In this document: piece after piece, positions 13,154 to 26,203 of the stretch
How the letters are laid out: each line of letters starts with the position of its first letter
Numbering within the stretch: the stretch's first letter is position 1
NCBI RefSeq assembly: GCF_001194135.2
Contig: NC_068984.1
Span: 18,230,698-18,294,697 of the forward strand
DNA from: Octopus bimaculoides
Taxonomy: Eukaryota
DNA: 64,000 nucleotides
Reading direction: 5' to 3'
Made by a program: the position numbers and the translations under genes
The notes under the pieces: generated by a model
Seen by the model: the letters and a program-made list of their open reading frames with translations, nothing else
What the model was told of the DNA's origin: nothing
The model's database searches: none

Positions 13154-13406
13154 TTAATCCTTTTGTGATGATATTTCTAATGAAATTCATTACCTCTGTT
13201 TTAAATTAATGTATAATATTTTCAATTAATATTTAAATAATAAAAAATTTGGAGTTAATTAGTAAACTAACTTCTTCATTTGTAAGTTTATGTTTGGAAC
13301 ATGATAAAAGATTCTTACATAAAATTCTAAGGATTTGTTTTAATTTTCATATAAACACTTCAAAATGGAAACTTAGTCTCAAACATGTTGGTATCATAAA
13401 GGTTAA
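13154..13406. mobile_element. TTAA-flanked (piggyBac-like) MITE, degenerate
   Basis: TTAA at both ends (13154, 13403) with imperfect inverted termini (ttaatcctttt / aaaggttaa). Internal similarity in opposite orientation to 31553-31767. Confidence 0.45.
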
Positions 13407-14392
13407 TTAACCAGAGTTGTATACCAGTAGAAGGAAATAAAACGTATTTATGACTTCATCATGCATTGATCAAATTATATGTAATTTATTTGATGACAAC
13501 TGAGAATTGCATTATTCTTCCACCAATCATCATCATCATTTAACGTCCGTTTTCCATGCTGTAATGATAATAAAAATAATGAGCCGTTACTTTAATCAAG
13601 GCAGCAATGTTGTATAGCGCCAAATAACAGTTACTATTTTCTGTACCAGGAGAAATTTAGCTGCTATCTTTAGCAGGTTGAACAATCACACAGGAGCTCT
13701 ACATGATCACACAATTTGTGACAAATAGCTGCTAAATTTTCCTCCAATCAAATGCCACCATGTTAAAACGATGAAGAGTATATGTTATATAATGTAATAG
13801 TATATGTCTTTCAAAAGATGGGATGGTCATGACTGGAATGCCTTTAATCAAGGCCGATCTAGAGAAACAAGATTTGAACTTAGGATCTAGAGAAACAAAA
13901 TTAAATGCAACAACTACAATACTTCATTTTCTCTTATTTTGTTTCATTTTATTTTCCAATTTGACATAAGCTATAAGATATATATATATTTCATATACAT
14001 TGAAGACAAGGTATATATTTCAAAATATTTTGAAGATAGGATATATATGCTTCAGAATTTTTAAATAGTAAACATATTGAAAACTGCTTTTCTTTTTTTT
14101 TTCCTGTCTCCATAAAATGTAATATTGTAAGAATTCTAATTATTGTGCATGAACTTTATTGAAAATGTGAACTATAAAAGTGCAATGGCATAAATAAAAT
14201 GGCTTCTTTATTATTAGAGATTATAGACAAAAAAGAAATTACATTTTCTATCTTACATCTATTAGCTTTCAGTTGCTTTTGATTTTTCTTTCAGAGATTT
14301 TTGTTTTGTTTTTATATATCTATGTGTGTATATGTGTTTGAAATACTTAGTTTTTTGTTCATCATTTTTTTTTGTTTTTTATCTGTCACTAG

Positions 14393-14573
14393 GTTCTGGC
14401 AAATCATATACTATGATGGGAACAGCAGACGAGAAAGGAATAATACCTCGTTTGTGTGATGCCCTTTTTGAGAAAATAGCCACAAATGATGACCCTGATT
14501 TGACCTACAAAGTGGAAGTATCATATATGGAAATATATAATGAGAAAGTTCATGATCTTCTGGATCCAAAAGG
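14393..14573 (+). CDS. KIF13: Kinesin-3 (KIF13A/B, Khc-73-like) motor domain, internal exon (P-loop end to loop 8)
   Basis: Translates (G)SGKSYTMMGTADEKGIIPRLCDALFEKIATNDDPDLTYKVEVSYMEIYNEKVHDLLDPKG, containing the Walker A GSGKS and the VSYMEIYNE kinesin motif. Pyrimidine tract plus AG at 14391-14392; donor GTAAGT at 14574; 181 nt, phase 1 to phase 2. Confidence 0.95.
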
Positions 14574-15374
14574 GTAAGTAAACAAAATGGAGGCTTATTT
14601 AATCAATTACTTTCCAATCCAGCATCAACTTAATCTGAAAGGGATTGTCTCCCCTACAATAGCTGCTGACCACTAGGGGGCAAACCATGTATATATTCTC
14701 TATTTGTTCTTCTATTATTATCATGTTTGATTTTAAAGGGTGGAGTCCTGCTTCTGTTTCATTGTTATGTTGTTGTGAACAAAAGCATAAGATTATTGAT
14801 AATAATAGAAACGTTAATAACATACAATCAATGGCAGGATAGGTAAATAGATGCTAAGTGAAATAAAGAAGAGGAGGAAAAATACATAACATAGAAACAA
14901 TTTCAAAAAATGTAACATTAAAGGTGTTTGTGGGCGTTTAGATTCTCACAGCATGTAAATGTATGGTGTTATATTTGTATAAGCAGCATGTTTGGCTTTG
15001 GGTTTGATATGAGAATCAGCGTACATGAAAGATTATTGCTAAATCCCTTGTTCTTCGTGTTTGTCATGGAAACATTGACATGGGAGTTCAGGCATGAGAG
15101 CTCGTCTATGTTAATGCCACTGCAATAATTAGATGAATCCATTAAGCCCAAAGATTGTATACAAGTTTGATCTCAAATCAAAGAGCCTTCACATCCCAAA
15201 TTTTCCTGCAGTAAATATGACACTATGCTCCAAAGCACAGTGTCCAGTAAATGGCCTGTGTGCTGTTTTTGTGAGCGGTAGCAGTGGCGGTGATGGAAAC
15301 TGTGCAATAACTGTCTTCTGACATTACTGCTGACATTGGTGGTAGAACTGCGGCTCAGTGAAGAAGACTGTACA

Positions 15375-15545
15375 GTAATTTGACTAGCTAGAAATAACAG
15401 TCAAATCTCTTTCAAACTACATCCTACTGTTGAAAAAAGAAAAATGAAGACAATGGATAATGCTGTCCTTGTTATATTGGATGGTCGTGGTTAGAATTCC
15501 TTTGATTATAGGTCTTATTAATCTAGGCTAATTTAAGGCTAAACA
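15375..15545 (-). mobile_element. Interspersed repeat family F, reverse
   Basis: ctagaaataacagtcaaatctctttcaaactacatcc...gatggtcgtggttagaattcctttgatt. Confidence 0.5.
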
Positions 15546-17609
15546 ACAATCATCAAGTTAACAAATATTTTATTTAATGGCATACAAGACACCCTTTTTT
15601 TCCTCCAAATAAAATCTCAAAAAATCCATGCAGCTGGACCCCCCCCAAATTTTTTCTTGAATAATCCCTTCTGAAATTTGGTGCATCTAATATGCTTGTG
15701 CATCTTTTATGCCATCAAACCCAGAAATAAATCTGATGTGAAGAGTAAACTGAAACCCAAGTTTGAGTTCAAATGCAAAGCATATTCTAGAAACCTCTTA
15801 CTATGTTGGTTGTTTACTATCTCAAATTGTATTGTAAATTGCATTGTAGTAATAGTAGCAGCAGATTAAACAGAAACCAGAATCACTTTACTGGAAACAT
15901 TAACTCTTTGAAAGAGATATATAAACATTGTAAGAGTAAACATGATACAAGAACATTTACAGAAATAGATAAATATTCTATAAAGATATTAGTCAAACCT
16001 GTTGATAATGGGAAGACAGTTTTAGCATATATGTGTGTAATGTGTGTATGTTTACAAAGAAGTGGTTGACAGTGACTTTGAAGTGTCACTGAGGGTTAGC
16101 TTTATCAGATTGTCTGCTGAATCCAGCCCACAGTAAACTTTGAAGTCACTATCAACTTTTTCCCTGTTAAAAATATACTTAAATGTATTAAGTGATCAGT
16201 CAGTTAATATTTGGTTGGTTTTTATGTGTGAATACATAAAAATAATGCACATTATTTGGCTGTGTGAGTATCTTGTGTGTAATACTCACACACACACACA
16301 CACACATGTAAAGGCAGAATGTAGAACAATGTTGGTGACTTGATCATTATAAGTATTTATAAATCACTTTCAAAAGAAACTTGACAATCTATTGAAAATA
16401 TAAACACTGGTTAGTTGTTTATTGCTAAAACAAAGAACCATAAGCTGGTCACTTGCTTGTTGGCAACATATAAAACAGTGCAGACATCTATATATTATGT
16501 TCCTAGAAGATAAATAGCTCGATGCTTAATCTATTTATGTTGATGCAAATATATTCATATTAGTGAACAAAAGTATATTGAACATCAGAAGAAGATTGTC
16601 TCAAAACCCAACAGGGTGTATGTAGATAGACTATAAGGAAGGTGCTTCACACTATTGAATATTGAAAAGCCTTCTGTACAAATAAGGCAGCTCCACTAAC
16701 ATCAACAGTGAATCATAGGAAGTTGGTAGTGACAAAATAAAATAGTAGAACTATTACAGCCATCATTATCTTTTCATGTCTACTCTCCATACTGCTGTTA
16801 TGGGTAGGATGGCTCCTCCTGGTCTGAGATAGTACTTACACAGTATACTGCCCAGTCAGGTGGGTTAGGGACCACATCTCACTTATATATGAGCATGGAG
16901 CTTTAATACTCTGATTATGCTATCTTTTAGGGAAATGGATTTAGGGAGGAAGAAAAAGAAGCTTCTATATTTAGAAATCAATGATTTAAGAAAAAAATAA
17001 AGGACAAACACATTAATTGCTGTTACAATGAATCTGCTATATAAGGAAGTAAAATAAGTTGAAGCAGGATGCAAGCGGTGATGTAGATTCACTCTGACTT
17101 TTAAGATATGATGTCAAGAAGAAATAATATAATAATATCTCATATATAATCATATTAGATGTTTCACATTTCTATTGTCATAAATTGGAAAATAAGGGAA
17201 CTAAAAGACATATGAAGGAAAGCAAGTAAAATTATGGCAGATTGAATTTATAATTCATCACCTAAAATCTATTAACATTTGAAATACATATTTGTGATGC
17301 ATTCCTGAAGAGAAAACTACAGTAATAAGATTTATGAAAATATCTTTTAAAATAGAAATATTTCAGACGAAGTTAAAATATTTTATCAGACATAAATTTA
17401 GTTAGATGTGAGTCTACAAGGGAAAGTGTATGCGGTCACTTGTTTTGTTTTATCTGTCTATACGGTGTCTAAACCTTTTACAGTGCTTACTGAGACTGGT
17501 GAAAGGGATGCAGGAAGATATCAACAGACTAGAGGTCTGACTCAAGTGCATACAACAGAGTGGAGTCTACTAAAGACCTCCTAAGGTGCCAGACAAAAAG
17601 CATATGACC

Positions 17610-17790
17610 AGTAGAAATAGCCAAGTCACTCTCAAATCACACTCATTTGTCTTAGGAAAAGAAAAGACACTTTGGATAATGTTATTGCATGTATCTCTAA
17701 AATGATAGGATTGTAATGTTTGAATGCCTTTAACCATAGGTCTGTTGGATCAGGATTCACTTGGAGATAAATAACAACCACATAATCATT
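17610..17790 (-). mobile_element. Interspersed repeat family F, reverse
   Basis: gtagaaatagccaagtcactctcaaatcacac...gaatgcctttaaccataggtctg. Confidence 0.5.
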
Positions 17791-18425
17791 AATGATTACT
17801 GAGTGTTGGGCAAACAGAAAAATCTGAAAAGAAAAAGTAAATGATATTGATAGTCTGGTATTCACATATCAGTCCTCCGAATGTGTGTTATCAAAATTGA
17901 GAAACCATGAATAATTTCGAAGTGGAGGGAAGGAAAGTATTTGTAAAGAATGGAATTTCAAACCATCCTTAGAATATTAACATTAGGAATGATAAAGTTG
18001 AAGTTCCTATAAAACTCTAATTCCTGATAATTTTACAGACGAAGGATTTCTTGGTTAAGAGAGCCAAGTCTGGCTTCCCATCCTTTCTGTTGCCCTTAAT
18101 CTCATTGGCATTACGCTTATCTATTAGACAGTTTTCCTGTAACTTACAGCAAAGACTTTTATCTCCTTATGGAACTTATTTATGGAACATGTTTAGAGAT
18201 ATAACACAGTGCAGGTGGTGCTCCCAATAATCTGAAGACTAATTAAGATACAGTTACCACCTACAACTTAAAGAATTACTGATTAAAATGATGTGAAAAT
18301 AAAAATTTAAAACAGAAAAAGGAAAAGAATTCACTTGGAACTCCCTTGGTTTGTGTGACATGGAGACACCTAAACTTGACAAAGTACTTCATGTATATAC
18401 TAAATTCTCTGGGATTAACCTGACT

Positions 18426-18687
18426 CAGCAGTTCTCAACCAATTTTCGACTATGGACCTCTTTGATTCTTGTTTTATTTACTGGACACTTATCCATTCAA
18501 TGTATACAAATCAAAAAAAAAAAATCCTATTATATTTTTGTAATTACATGTTATTAAGAATTGTATAAAAAAAATTAAAATATGCTGTGTATTGGAGAAG
18601 TATAAGCATTTTATTGCACATAAATTTTAACAAGAAAATCTTATATGGACTCCCAAGGGCCATATGGGCCCAGGTTGAAAACCACTG
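18426..18687. mobile_element. hAT (Charlie-like) MITE
   Basis: Ends cagcagttctcaacc and ggttgaaaaccactg are 12/15 inverted and match the CAGTGGTTCTCAACC-type hAT TIR. The 8-bp TSD is degraded. Confidence 0.6.
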
Positions 18688-19462
18688 GACTAACCCAAAG
18701 ACTGTGCATTCAATAAAGACTTGGACACAAAATACCTCTTTTTTTTACTTGGGTATTTTCAGTAGATTACTGTGTATACACTATATTTCATGCTTGAGCT
18801 TCTCCCTTTGTTTGTTTCTGTGAAGAGACATTGATACAGAAACCGAAAAAAGAAAAGAAAAAAAGTAAATAAGAAGTTACTACAATTAAAACAAAATTCC
18901 TTAATGCAAATGAACTTGTGTATAAAACAAAACTGAAAAAAAAATATTCAAGTATTTAATAACTCATTAAGGCTATTTTAAGACTCATGACTGACATAAT
19001 ATTTTAATACAATGGAAGCTTGCATCATACGGTGATGAACATTTTTCATGTGACAGCTTGTTTGTTTGTGTGAGTGGGTGTTTGGGTTTGTGTGTGTGTG
19101 TTTTAGTACATGTCTGTGTATGTTGCAGAGTTAGAACTTGGAGCTTTTTCATTCAATACGACAGGCACAATACCTTTTTGTACGTCCCCTCGAATCTACA
19201 CTGAACACTTGTAAACAAATCAACTCCACGCATCATCATCATTGTTATTTGTGCATCCATTTTCTCCTTGATGGTCAGGGTAGGACAGGCAATCTTCTAT
19301 GACTCAGGCCTATCCTCACAGCAATTCTTTTACAACATGCAAGGCTGTGCTTATTCTAAACACTTGGACTTGCATAGCTGTGCATGTGTGTAGATATACA
19401 CATATGCACATGCATACTCATATGGCTGTGTGTATTTATACATACATGTATGTATGTATATG

Positions 19463-19870
19463 TGAAGGCATGTGGATTAATAGTTAGGGTGTTGCTCTTT
19501 CAGTTTCATGATTGTGGTTTCCATCCAGGACTGGGTGGCAATTCTAGATGGGGCAGCAATCCTGGACCAGACAGCGATTCTAGACTGGGATGTGTGTAAT
19601 TTCCATGAGCAAAACACTTCACTTCATGTTACTTAAGTCCACTCAGCTGCAAAATGATCGCCAGTAAGCTAAGCCAAGCCTGATATGCTGAATTTGGTCT
19701 TCATTCACTTCAACACCTGACTTGTGGCACACCATGCACCTGTACAGGTAATGGCACTTTAAAGGAGGGTGTGAGCTAATGTGCAGCACAAGCATTTAAT
19801 AACCATAATTCATCTGTGCAGGTTGTTCAGCAGGAGCTTGCTGAACCTTTACCTGTCATTTACAACAGTG
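19463..19870 (+). mobile_element. tRNA-headed SINE with a D-like head and different body (family E)
   Basis: gaaggcatgtggattaatagttaggg...gagcaaaacacttcacttcatgtt..agtccactcagctgcaaaatga, then a distinct body. Confidence 0.5.
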
Positions 19871-20014
19871 AAACCAATAACAACTGGCATGAAAAAAAAA
19901 GAAACCAATGCACCAGTGTATTGCACAAAGGGTGAAATTGTTATATTTATTGCACCCATGTTTCCCAAACATTTGTTTGTCACTGTCTGTACGTGAAGTA
20001 CAGCAAACCAGATT

Positions 20015-20376
20015 CTGATCCATTAGATGAAAGGCAAAGTCAATGCCAACAGAATTTGAACTCAGGATGTAAAGGTGGGCAAAATGCTGCTAAGCACTTT
20101 GCTTGGTGTGCTAACAGTTCTGAAGGCTCAACACCTTAATAATAAAAGAAATAATAATAATAATAATCCTTTCTACTGGAGGCACAAGGCCTCAGATTTG
20201 GTTAGGAAGGGTACCATTCAATTACAATGACCCTAGTGTTTAACTGGTACTTAATTCATCAACCCCCGAAAGGTTGAAAGGCAAAGTCGACCTCGGCAGA
20301 ATTTGAACTCAGAACGTAGCAGCAGATGAAATACCACTAAGCATTTTGCCCAGTGTGCTAACAATTCTGCCAGCGC
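20015..20376 (-). mobile_element. SINE family C, two tandem copies (20015-20138 truncated; 20165-20376)
   Basis: aaggcaaagtcgacctcggcagaatttgaactcagaacgta...gtgctaacaattctgccagc. The reverse complement has a tRNA-like ctgagttcaaattc B box. Confidence 0.8.
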
Positions 20377-21082
20377 AAATATATTGTGCATGTGTTTATA
20401 TAGCAACCAAAAAAAAAAATCATCTCGAAATACAACAATAATAGAATAATAATCATCTTTTTAATGACATTAATTACTTGTCCCATCCTTGTTTCAAAGA
20501 TTGTGGAGGCAATTCTAATAAGTCTCCATTGCTATATTGAATCACTTCTCCTTCTTGAAATAGATAAAATAATAATATTTTCTCTCAGTGGCTGAGCCAA
20601 TGTGCAGCTGTTTTGGCCATATAGTTTTATAGTTACGAGTTTGATATGTAGCATTGCACCCACTGTGTTGTTGCTTTGTGAAACAAAGGTATGGAATATT
20701 TCGGATCTCAGGTAGCATAGAAAGTTCCACTCAGAAAGTCCACCATGAAAACCATAATTAAAAGATGCTTACAGTTTGAAATGCTTCCAACTTTTGAAAC
20801 AGGTTCTCCAACAAAAATAATGTTGAAATTTTCAAAAAAGAAACAAAAGTTTCTCTTTTTTTCTTTTTAACATGGAAACTAGTTGTCAAACATTGACTAA
20901 ACTAAAATTTTAGACAATAAAAAAAATGTTACAACATAACACATTACAATGAGTTATTGTTAGATTCCTATTGGTATTCCAAAATGTTTCTTTTTTCTTT
21001 TATGTGTCACTATTTATAGTCAGTCTAGACTTTTTTGTGTACATTCTGCCTAGACCTGTTCTGACGGCACATATTTGCATAT

Positions 21083-21443
21083 TATCATCATCATCATCAT
21101 CATCGTTCAACGTCCGTTTTCCATGCTCGCATGGGTTTGACTGTGGACTGGCAAGCCAGTAGGCTGCATCAGGCTCCAATCTGATCTGGTAATGTTTCTA
21201 CAGCTGGATGTCCTTCCAAATGCCAACCACTCCAAGAGTGTAGTGGATGCTTTTTATGTGCCACTAGCACAGGAGCCAGTCAGGGGGCACTGGCATCGGC
21301 CACATTTGGATGGTGCTTTTTATGTGCCACTGGCACAGGAGCCAGTCAGAAGGCACTGGCATCGGTCACGTTCGGATGATGCTTTTTACATGTCACTGGC
21401 ACAGGAGCCAGTCAGGCGGACCTGGCATTGACCACATTTGGAT
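21083..21443 (-). mobile_element. SINE family B with internal 3 x 66-bp tandem repeat
   Basis: (CAT)n cgttcaacgtccgttttccatgc...ctacagctggatg..cc..cca; repeat units start at 21248, 21314 and 21380. Confidence 0.8.
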
Positions 21444-23450
21444 ATACGTTTGTATAAACATGTGTTTGTATGTGTGTTTATATATATTTATGCATATATA
21501 AATGTGCTCATCTGTGTATATGTATAAAGTCGGGAAGACATGTGACTTAGTGGTAAGGGTATTCTTGATCTCTGAGCTTCCGAATAAATCAAATTAAGCA
21601 AGTTCAGTGTTCATCAATGCCTTGAACTAAAGGGAGCACACATATTGATTGTGAGATTGTAACATTCCATGAAATATTTTGCAATTAGTCTTTTTCCTCT
21701 CTATACTGCCATGTAATATGTAACTGAGGTTCAATATACCACACCTTGTGAGGAGTGAAACCCCTGAGCAGACAAGCAAATGGATTGGTTTTGAGATCCT
21801 CAATTAGGTTTTGGGAGGGGATGTGTAGATTACTGTTTTCTTGTCATATTATTTAAACTTAGAAGTGATGTTGTCTAGGCAAGAATAACTAGTATTGACA
21901 TTCTGAGCCTTAAAAAAGCTTGTGGTATTTGTGTTCACGAAGACATGTAACTTAAGTACTAAGCCAAGTTACTTTCCTCTTCTTAACACAATTCAATACA
22001 CAATGTATTGAGTGCTCTTTTCTTTTGATGTATAAAAGTGAATGTATTACATGAAGCAGGCTACATATATCAAAGTGAAGCACACTCAACATAAATGGTT
22101 AGCGACTTGCATTAATCAGAACTTGTCAGTTCATCTGTTTCTTCAAGTCTTATGGAATCCTTCCTTAAAACTTAGTATTAATCATCAGACACCTGTACAA
22201 TTTCAACTAGTGATATGCTGTTGAAGTCAGAGAGGAAATTCTTTTCACTTTTATTTAGAGCTCTTAAAATTACTCTGTGAAAAATTTAGTTAGAACACAA
22301 CTTATGGTCAAAGGGAGGTAACTAATTAAACCCTAATATTGCTGATGCAGAATGGATGTTTTAATTCCTAAATGAAAGAAATGTTTGATTGTAATTAAGC
22401 CTTTGAACTATAATAGCCATTTCTTCATTCAGATAAAATTCCACACAGCTCTTAAATTGTTAGTGGTTTTTGATAGAAAATGTTTCAGACTATATTAAAT
22501 GGAAAATTGTTTAAAGATAAAGGCCTCACAAGAATGGCAATGACAGATGTGACCTATGCACATTATAAAAAAAAAAAAAAATTTTCAATAAAGAAAATTA
22601 AAAAAAAAAGAAACCGATCCTAATAAAAATTCACTGTAACCAGAGAAATACTTAGCTGAAGTGTTCACAGTATGTGTTCAGAGTATGTGAAGTGTTCACA
22701 GTATGTAAAACATGCAGATACATTTATGTCCTGCGACTGGACACAACTGCACTGAACAAAATATTGTATTTATGCATGTGGGTGAGGCACTGCGTGAATA
22801 CATGCACATTTTAGCTTTGCATATTTTCTTACACTACACCAACAAAATCTATACAGCTTCTTTTGTTTTTCTTTTTCCTATTTTCCTACCAAGCTAATCT
22901 TTATTACCTTAGTCTTCATTTTGTTTCGTTTGGAATTGAGTATGGTCATTTTCCATAAGGGACATAACATCTTTGAATTACCAGTTACCTCCCTTCAGTC
23001 ATAAATTGGGGAACATGACTGATTAACTAAATTTTCGTGAGAGTGATTTGAATGCCCTAAACAGATGTGAATTGAACTTTGTCTCTAAGCTCACCATCAT
23101 ATCACTGGTTTGATATTGTTTAGGTGTCTACACATTATCAAGTTGAAATGATGTGTAGATTTCATGAAGAAATAACTAGTACTTCCCTATTAAATAGGTA
23201 CTTCCCTATTATCAACACCCAATTTTTTTATTTACTAAAGGATTAGTAAATGAACTATTACTTGCATTATAGGGTTGTAATAGAAGACCTGTGCCCTTTT
23301 GGAATAAGTGTCAATGGGCAAGGAATTGAGTGATTGTTTCTTACTCAGATAGAATTTTTAGTCTAAAACAATTAGTTTTATATATTTTTGCCCTCCAATT
23401 CCATCAGTAAACAAACAATTGGCTGTCAATAATAGGAGAGTACCACATAT

Positions 23451-23662
23451 ATCATCATCATCATCATCATCATCGTTTAACGTCCGCTTTCCATGCTAGC
23501 ATGGGTTGGACGATTTGACTGAGGACTGGTGAAACCGGATGGCAACACCAGGCTCCAGTCTGATTTGGCAGAGTTTCTACAGCTGGATGCCCTTCCTAAC
23601 GCCAACCACTCAGAGAGTGTAGTGGGTGCTTTTACGTGTCACCCGCACGAAAACGGCCACGC
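23451..23662 (-). mobile_element. SINE family B, young copy truncated by an assembly gap
   Basis: Near-identical to 26592-26873 (gtttaacgtccgctttccatgctagcatg...gagtttctacagctggatgcccttcctaacgccaaccactc). Confidence 0.85.
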
Positions 23663-24382
23663 NNNNNNNNNNNNNNNNNNNNNNNNNNNNNNNNNNNNNN
23701 NNNNNNNNNNNNNNNNNNNNNNNNNNNNNNNNNNNNNNNNNNNNNNNNNNNNNNNNNNNNNNNNNNNNNNNNNNNNNNNNNNNNNNNNNNNNNNNNNNNN
23801 NNNNNNNNNNNNNNNNNNNNNNNNNNNNNNNNNNNNNNNNNNNNNNNNNNNNNNNNNNNNNNNNNNNNNNNNNNNNNNNNNNNNNNNNNNNNNNNNNNNN
23901 NNNNNNNNNNNNNNNNNNNNNNNNNNNNNNNNNNNNNNNNNNNNNNNNNNNNNNNNNNNNNNNNNNNNNNNNNNNNNNNNNNNNNNNNNNNNNNNNNNNN
24001 NNNNNNNNNNNNNNNNNNNNNNNNNNNNNNNNNNNNNNNNNNNNNNNNNNNNNNNNNNNNNNNNNNNNNNNNNNNNNNNNNNNNNNNNNNNNNNNNNNNN
24101 NNNNNNNNNNNNNNNNNNNNNNNNNNNNNNNNNNNNNNNNNNNNNNNNNNNNNNNNNNNNNNNNNNNNNNNNNNNNNNNNNNNNNNNNNNNNNNNNNNNN
24201 NNNNNNNNNNNNNNNNNNNNNNNNNNNNNNNNNNNNNNNNNNNNNNNNNNNNNNNNNNNNNNNNNNNNNNNNNNNNNNNNNNNNNNNNNNNNNNNNNNNN
24301 NNNNNNNNNNNNNNNNNNNNNNNNNNNNNNNNNNNNNNNNNNNNNNNNNNNNNNNNNNNNNNNNNNNNNNNNNNNNNNNNNN
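23663..24382. other. Assembly gap (720 N)
   Basis: N run. Confidence 1.
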
Positions 24383-24721
24383 ATATATATATAGACTTTC
24401 TCACTTCCCGAGCATTAAACTAATACATCTGTTTGTTGTTTACACACACACACACACATTCATTTTTATATCTTTCTCTGTGTTATCTTAAATTTGACAG
24501 ATATATTATTGAGGTATTACCTTTTAGTCAGATACACGTGTCACTAATTCTTTCCTGTATTTTCTTTGGGTGGCTAGAGGGGTGGGGTTCTTTCAAGTAA
24601 AAAGCTTTGTACTCCACAAGTCTTTGAAGGTACCTATGTTTCAGTGATTTTTCAGAGAAGTGCAAATGTAAACACACACACTCACTTCTTATTTCAATTG
24701 CTGCCTACCAAAACTACTTAT

Positions 24722-24843
24722 AAGGTTTTGGTCAGCTCAGGGCTACAGTAGAAGACACCTGCCACATATGTTGCACAGTGGGACTGAACCTGAAACCATG
24801 TGGTGTGTAAACAAAGTTCTTAACCCCACAGTCATGCTTGTGT
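24722..24843 (-). mobile_element. SINE family A head, reverse orientation
   Basis: gtagaagacacctgcc..cagtgggactgaacctgaaaccatgtgg is the reverse complement of the family A head. Confidence 0.7.
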
Positions 24844-24936
24844 CTGTGGGTGGACTGATTCACTGAAACATATCCACACACCATATTTGACTAGGATTGA
24901 ATTATGAATTTTTATTTGTTTTATATCTATATATAG

Positions 24937-24983
<47 letters not shown>

Positions 24984-26144
24984 GCTGGAAAACTTGGAGG
25001 GTGGTTAAATGACTTTCTGAAAGATAGAAGCCAGGCAGTAGTGGCCGATGGAGCCACCTCAATGAAAACACAAATAGTGAGCGGTGTTCCACAGGGCACT
25101 GTCTTGGGACCACTGCTTTTCATAGTGGCCCTCTCAGATATGCCCTCAACTGCCCGGATAGCCACCCTTGCTAGCTACGCAGACGATATGAAAGTCTTGC
25201 AGAAAATACAGAACCCCAGCAATGTTGCACATCGACAGCAGGAGTTGGACTCAATTTACAGATGGGCTGAGAATAATGATATGAAGTTTAATGCTGAAAA
25301 ATTCCAAGCCCTGTGCTACCAGCGTCCAAAACTGAATATGAAACTTACAGTGTACACTGGTTCACAGGGAATTACAATCCCAGAGCCTGAATTAGTGAGG
25401 GACCTGGGTATCGACATGTGTGATGATATCTCTTTCCAAGGATGGTGATAAAGTGCAGACGACTGACTGGATAGATCCTCAGAACATTCACAACCAGAGA
25501 TAAGGAAACCATGATGGTCCTCTGGAGGACATTCATCCTCAGCCACCTGAAATACTGTTCCCAACTATGATCACCCAACAGTGTAAAAATTAACAGCAGA
25601 CCTTGAAGCAATCCAGCAAAGCTTTGCAAAGAAGATCGTCTCTTTGCAACAGCTGAGCTACTGGGGAAGGCTGAAACAGCTAAGACTCTACTCCCTGGAG
25701 TCAAGGTGGAAGAGGTATGCAGTAATATATAACTGGAAGATCCTGGAAAGAATTGTACCAAATTTTAACATTGAAAGCTACACCAATGCCAGAACGGGTC
25801 GACACTGCACAGTGCAAAAGATCCCAGCAATGCCATCGCACTTCAGAACCAATTACTGCAACAGCCTGGGTTTCAGGGGCCCACAGCTTTTTAATATTCT
25901 CCCAAAAAGCCGAGGAACCTACACAAAGTAGATGTAGACGTTTCTAAATCAAAGCTGGACCTCTTCCTGTCGAGAGTCCCAGACGAACCCACCTCACGAC
26001 AAGAGGTGCAAATGAGGGTAGCTTCATCAAACTCCATTCTACACCAAGTGCCACATATTAGAGGAGGATCTCAGTAATAACAGTGTAGCAACATGGTAGT
26101 GCTCCATCTTGGCCACAGCTCTGAGCTGAAACTACAAAAGAAAA
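24984..26144 (+). mobile_element. 5'-truncated CR1-group non-LTR retrotransposon (RT C-terminal half plus 3' UTR), inactivated
   Basis: Contains SGVPQGTVLGPLLF, YADD, MKFNAEKFQ, VRDLGI, ILRTF..RD and LRLYSLE motifs. Frameshifts near 25440 and 25910; premature TAG/TGA at Trp positions; ends in an A-rich tail at about 26144. Confidence 0.9.
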
Positions 26145-26203
26145 TATATAAACATATAATGCTGATCCCTATATGTTTATAATTATATATATATATATAT
26201 ATG

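Noticed and set aside
13856-13898. Short direct duplications (15 bp here; also 22658-22706 and about 23178-23210)
   Set aside because: These are ordinary slippage duplications with no further structure.
1-14392. Search for the upstream KIF13 exon ending ..FAYGQT(G)
   Set aside because: No matching reading frame was seen; it presumably lies before the window or in the 5545-6444 gap.
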